From Squalus acanthias (Eukaryota), in the NCBI GenBank assembly GCA_030390025.1, contig JASTWF010000244.1, positions 62,001 through 126,000 of the forward strand: DNA of 64,000 nucleotides, in the 5' to 3' direction. Each line of letters opens with the position of its first letter. Position 1 is the stretch's first letter. Below are positions 60,313 to 64,000 of the stretch, one piece after another. Under the pieces are notes generated by a model, which saw only the letters and a program-made list of their open reading frames with translations, did no database searches and was not told the DNA's origin. Made by a program: the position numbers and the translations under genes.

Positions 60313-63300
60313 TGTTAAACAAGGGCCCTTGAGTATATTATTTAATTGTAGTGTAATTAGTGGTATTGATTTGATTTAATTTAATTTGAATTAATTAAAG
60401 GGTAAGTCATGGCAGCACAGCTCGGCCCCATGGCATGCTCCTCCTGCACTATGTGGGAAATCAGGGACAGTTTCTGTGTCCCTGACAACCATGTGTGTGG
60501 GAAGTGTATCCAGCTGCAGCTACTGGCAGACCGCATTGTGGCGCTGGAGCTGCGAATGGATACATGCTGGAGCATTCGCGATGCTGAGGACGTCGTGGAT
60601 AGTACGTTTAGGGAGTTGGTCACACCGCAGGTAAAGGCTGCACAGGCAGGAAGGGAATTGGTGACCACCAAGCAGAGTAGTAGGCGCAGGCAGGTAGTGC
60701 GGGAGTCCCCTGTGGACATCCCCCTCTCAAACAGATATACCGCTTTGGATATTCTCGAGGGAGATGGCTTATCGGGGGAAGGCAGCAGCAGCCAACTTCC
60801 TGGCACCATGGGTGGTTGTGCTAACAGGACGGGAGTAAAAAGAGGGGTAGAGCTATAGTGACAGGGGATTCTATTGTAAGGGGAATAGATAGGCATTTCT
60901 GCGGCCGCAAACGAGACTCCAGGATGGTATGTTGCCTCCCTGGTGCAAGGGTCAAGGATTTCTCGGAGCGCCTGCAGGGCATTCTGGAGGGGGAGGGTGA
61001 ACAGCCAGTTGTCGTGGTGCATATAGATACAAAAGTGGATGAGGTCCTAAAAGCTGAATATAGGGAGTTAGGAAGTAAATTAAAAAATAGGACCTCAAAG
61101 GTAGTAATCTCAGGATTGCTACCAGTGCCATGTGCTAATCAGAGTAGAAAAAGAAGGATATTTCAAATGAATACGTGGCTAGAGGAATGGTGCAACGGGG
61201 AGGGATTCAAATTCCTGGGACATTGGAACCGGTTCTGGGGGAGGTGGGACCAGTACAAACTGGACGGTTTGCACCTGGGCAGGACCGGGACCGATGTCCA
61301 AGGGGGAGTGTTTGCTAGTACTGTTGGGGAGGGTTTAAACTAAAATGGCAGGGGGTTGGGAACCTGTGCATGGAGCCAGAGGAAAGGGAAGCAAGGATAG
61401 AAGCAAAAGAAAGGAAGGAGAAAAGCAAAAGTTGAAGGCAGAGAAATCAAGGGTGTAAATCAATCAGGGCCACAGTAAATAATAATTCTAAAAGGATTAA
61501 GAGTGTTAAAAAAAAAGCCTGAAGGCTTTGTGTCTTAATGCGAGGAGCATTCGTAATAAGGTGGATGAATTAGCTGCACAAATAGATGTATACAGATATG
61601 ATATAATTGGGATTACGGAGACATGGCTCCAGGGTGACCAAGGCTGGAAATTAAACAACCAGGGGTATTCAATATTCAGGAAGGACAGGCAAAAAGGAAA
61701 AGGAGGTGGGGTGGCATTGCTGGTTAAAGAGGAGATTAACACAATAGTAAGGAAGGATATTAGCTCTGATGATGTGGAGTCTGTATGGGTAGAGCTGAGA
61801 AATACCAAGGGGCAGAAAACGTTAGTGGGAGTTGTATACAGACCCCCAAACAGTAATGCTGAGGTTGGGGATGGCATTAAATGGGAAATTAGAGACGCGT
61901 GCAATAAGGGCACAGCAGTTATCATGGGTGACTTTAATCTACATATAGATTGGGCTAACCAAATTAGTAACAATACCGTGGAGGAGGAATTCCTAGAGTG
62001 TATACGGGATGGTTGCCTGGACCAATATGTCGAGGAACCAACTAGAGATCAGGCCATCTTAGACTGGGTATTAAGTAATGAGAAATGATTAATTAGCAAT
62101 CTTGTTGTGCGAGGCCCCTTCGGCAGGAGCGATCATAATATGATAGAATTCTTCATTAAGATGGAGAGTGAAGTAGTTGACTCAGAGACTAGGGTCCTGA
62201 ATTTAAATAAAGGAAACTACGATGGTATGAGGCGCGAGTTGGCTAGGATGGATTGGGGAACATTACTTAAAGGGTTGACGGTGGATAGGCAATGGCAAAC
62301 ATTTAAAGATCGCATGGATGAACTACAGAATTTGTTCATCCCTGTTTGGCATAAAAATAAAACAAAAAAGGTGACTCAACTGTGGCTAACAAGGGAAATT
62401 AGGGATAGCATAAGATCCAAGGAGAGGACATATAAATTGGCCAGAAAAAGCAGCAAACCTGAGGATTGGGAGCAATTTAGGATTCAGCAAAGGAGGACAA
62501 AGGGATTAATTAAGAGAGGGAAAATAGAGTATGAGAGTAAGCTTTCAGGGAACATAAAAACTGACTGTAAAAGCTTCTATAGATATGTAAAGAGAAAAAG
62601 ATTGGTGAAGTCAAGCGTAGGTCCCTTGCAGTCAGAATCAGGGGAATTTATAATGGGGAACAAAGAAATGGCAGACCAATTAAATACATAGGGGGAGAAA
62701 TTCAGTATCGCCCCATTTGGGGCTCAATTATCGGCTGGGCGCAAAGATTAGCGCCTGGCGCTAATTATCGCCTCCGACTGCAAACTTGGCTTTTATCACC
62801 CCTGGATGTGATTGGAGCGCTAAATCAGGCGCTTCACAACTGTCTTAAGGCGCAAAGGCCGAGGAGCGAGGCGTTACCTCAGAGCACTGGTGATGCTCAT
62901 GTGATGTCAGTCAGCAATAGAACACAGACACAATGGCGCCGGCCAGTTCTTAAAGGGAAGGGTTCATCTTGCTCTCCATCCACATCCTGCTCATTGCAGC
63001 CTTGAATCTCGGTCTGGAGAGACCTGTACATCAAATCTGCTGGAAAGAACAATGGAGAGTTCCCAGGGAAAGAGCTCAGAGTGCAGTCCCCACAGTCTCT
63101 TCTAAATCGATACAAGGAAGGGCAAATCAAAATGAACCTGCAAAGTGCTGCTTAGTACCCAAAACTCCTTCACACAGCGTTGAATCTCTCCAAGAAGTCT
63201 CTCTCTCTCTCTCTCTCTCTCAGAATGCGTGATGCAAAAATGTCACCAACAAAAAAAGGCAGGAAGCGGTCGCCTTTAAATAGCACTTCCCCAGTCCCTT

Positions 63301-64000
63301 CCTGACTGCAAAACGCTCCCCTCAACCTGTCGTTGATAGCGGCAGGTGGTAAGGCAGGGGGCGCCACTCAATATCCGGTCCGGGGCGCTACCGGAGCGTT
63401 GCGCACTCGACTGACGTCACGATCTGCCGGCGCAGGAGATCGTGGCGGTAGTGTTTAGCGCCACCGCAAAATGTCTAATTAATTTTGTGAGCGGCGCAAA
63501 CATCGCCACGCACGGGCGCTAGTTGCTTTGCGCCCCATTATTGCCCTCTTAAGGCGCTAATGGGAGGCGCAAACCAACTGAATTTTTCAACCATACTTTG
63601 GTTCTGTCTTCACAAAGGAGGACACAAATAACCTCCCAGAGATGTCGGGGAACACAGGGTATAATGAGAGGGAGGAACTGAATGAAATCAGTATTTGTCG
63701 GGAAATGGTGTTCGGGAAATTGATGGGATTGAAGCCGAAAAATCCCAAGGGCCTGATAATCTACATCCTAGGGTACTTAAGGAAGTGGCCCTAGAAATAT
63801 TAGATGCATTGCTGGTCATCTTCCAAAATTCTATACACTCTGGAGGGTAGTAAATGTAACCCCACTATTTAAAAAAGGTGGTAGAGAGAAAACGGGGAAT
63901 TATAGAGCGGTAAGCCTGACATCGGTAGTGGGGAAAATGCTAGAGTCCATTATAAAAGATGTAATAGCAGAGCACTGGGAAAACAGCGACAGGATCGGAC
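60313..64000 (+). mobile_element. CR1-A family LINE (ORF1 and ORF2 5' half), runs off the window
   Basis: ORF1 60409-61343 (CSSCTMWE, GDSIVRG, DGLHL), endonuclease 61528-62088, stops and frameshifts; MITE inside. Confidence 0.95.
62691..63592 (+). mobile_element. Non-autonomous internal-deletion relative of the 31681-35884 Harbinger (902 bp), TSD ATA
   Basis: ATA at 62688-62690 and 63593-63595; empty site TTAAATACATACTTTGG at 6451-6467; both ends colinear with the full-length element. Confidence 0.93.

Overview
Repeat-rich eukaryotic genomic DNA, most likely from a cartilaginous fish (inferred from esterase-ORF1 CR1 LINEs, a Deu-domain SINE, Penelope-type termini and multi-exon C1-set Ig genes). 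No prokaryotic features. Main content: (1) 8.3-16.5 kb, the 3' part of a + strand immunoglobulin-superfamily gene built from a ~3.02-kb tandem unit with three phase-1/phase-1 C1-set-like exons (order A-B-C-A-B-C-A-B, third C deleted), followed by candidate short acidic tail exons and no visible transmembrane exon; (2) 28.7-36.1 kb, a decayed endogenous retrovirus-like remnant whose env resembles a paramyxo/pneumovirus-F-like class I fusogen, interrupted by an LTR with a 59-bp duplication, with a full-length PIF/Harbinger transposon (open transposase ORF plus spliced Myb/SANT partner) inside its 3' LTR; (3) Harbinger-type MITEs, nested CR1/L2/RTE LINEs, SINEs and Penelope-type termini carrying minimal hammerhead ribozyme motifs; (4) ~43.9 kb, an ISRE next to a signal-peptide-like first exon; (5) 47.5-53.9 kb, a CCCCAGT(CT)n minisatellite containing a 168-N gap and a 1.7-kb solo LTR. 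All family names come from motif recognition by eye, not database searches.
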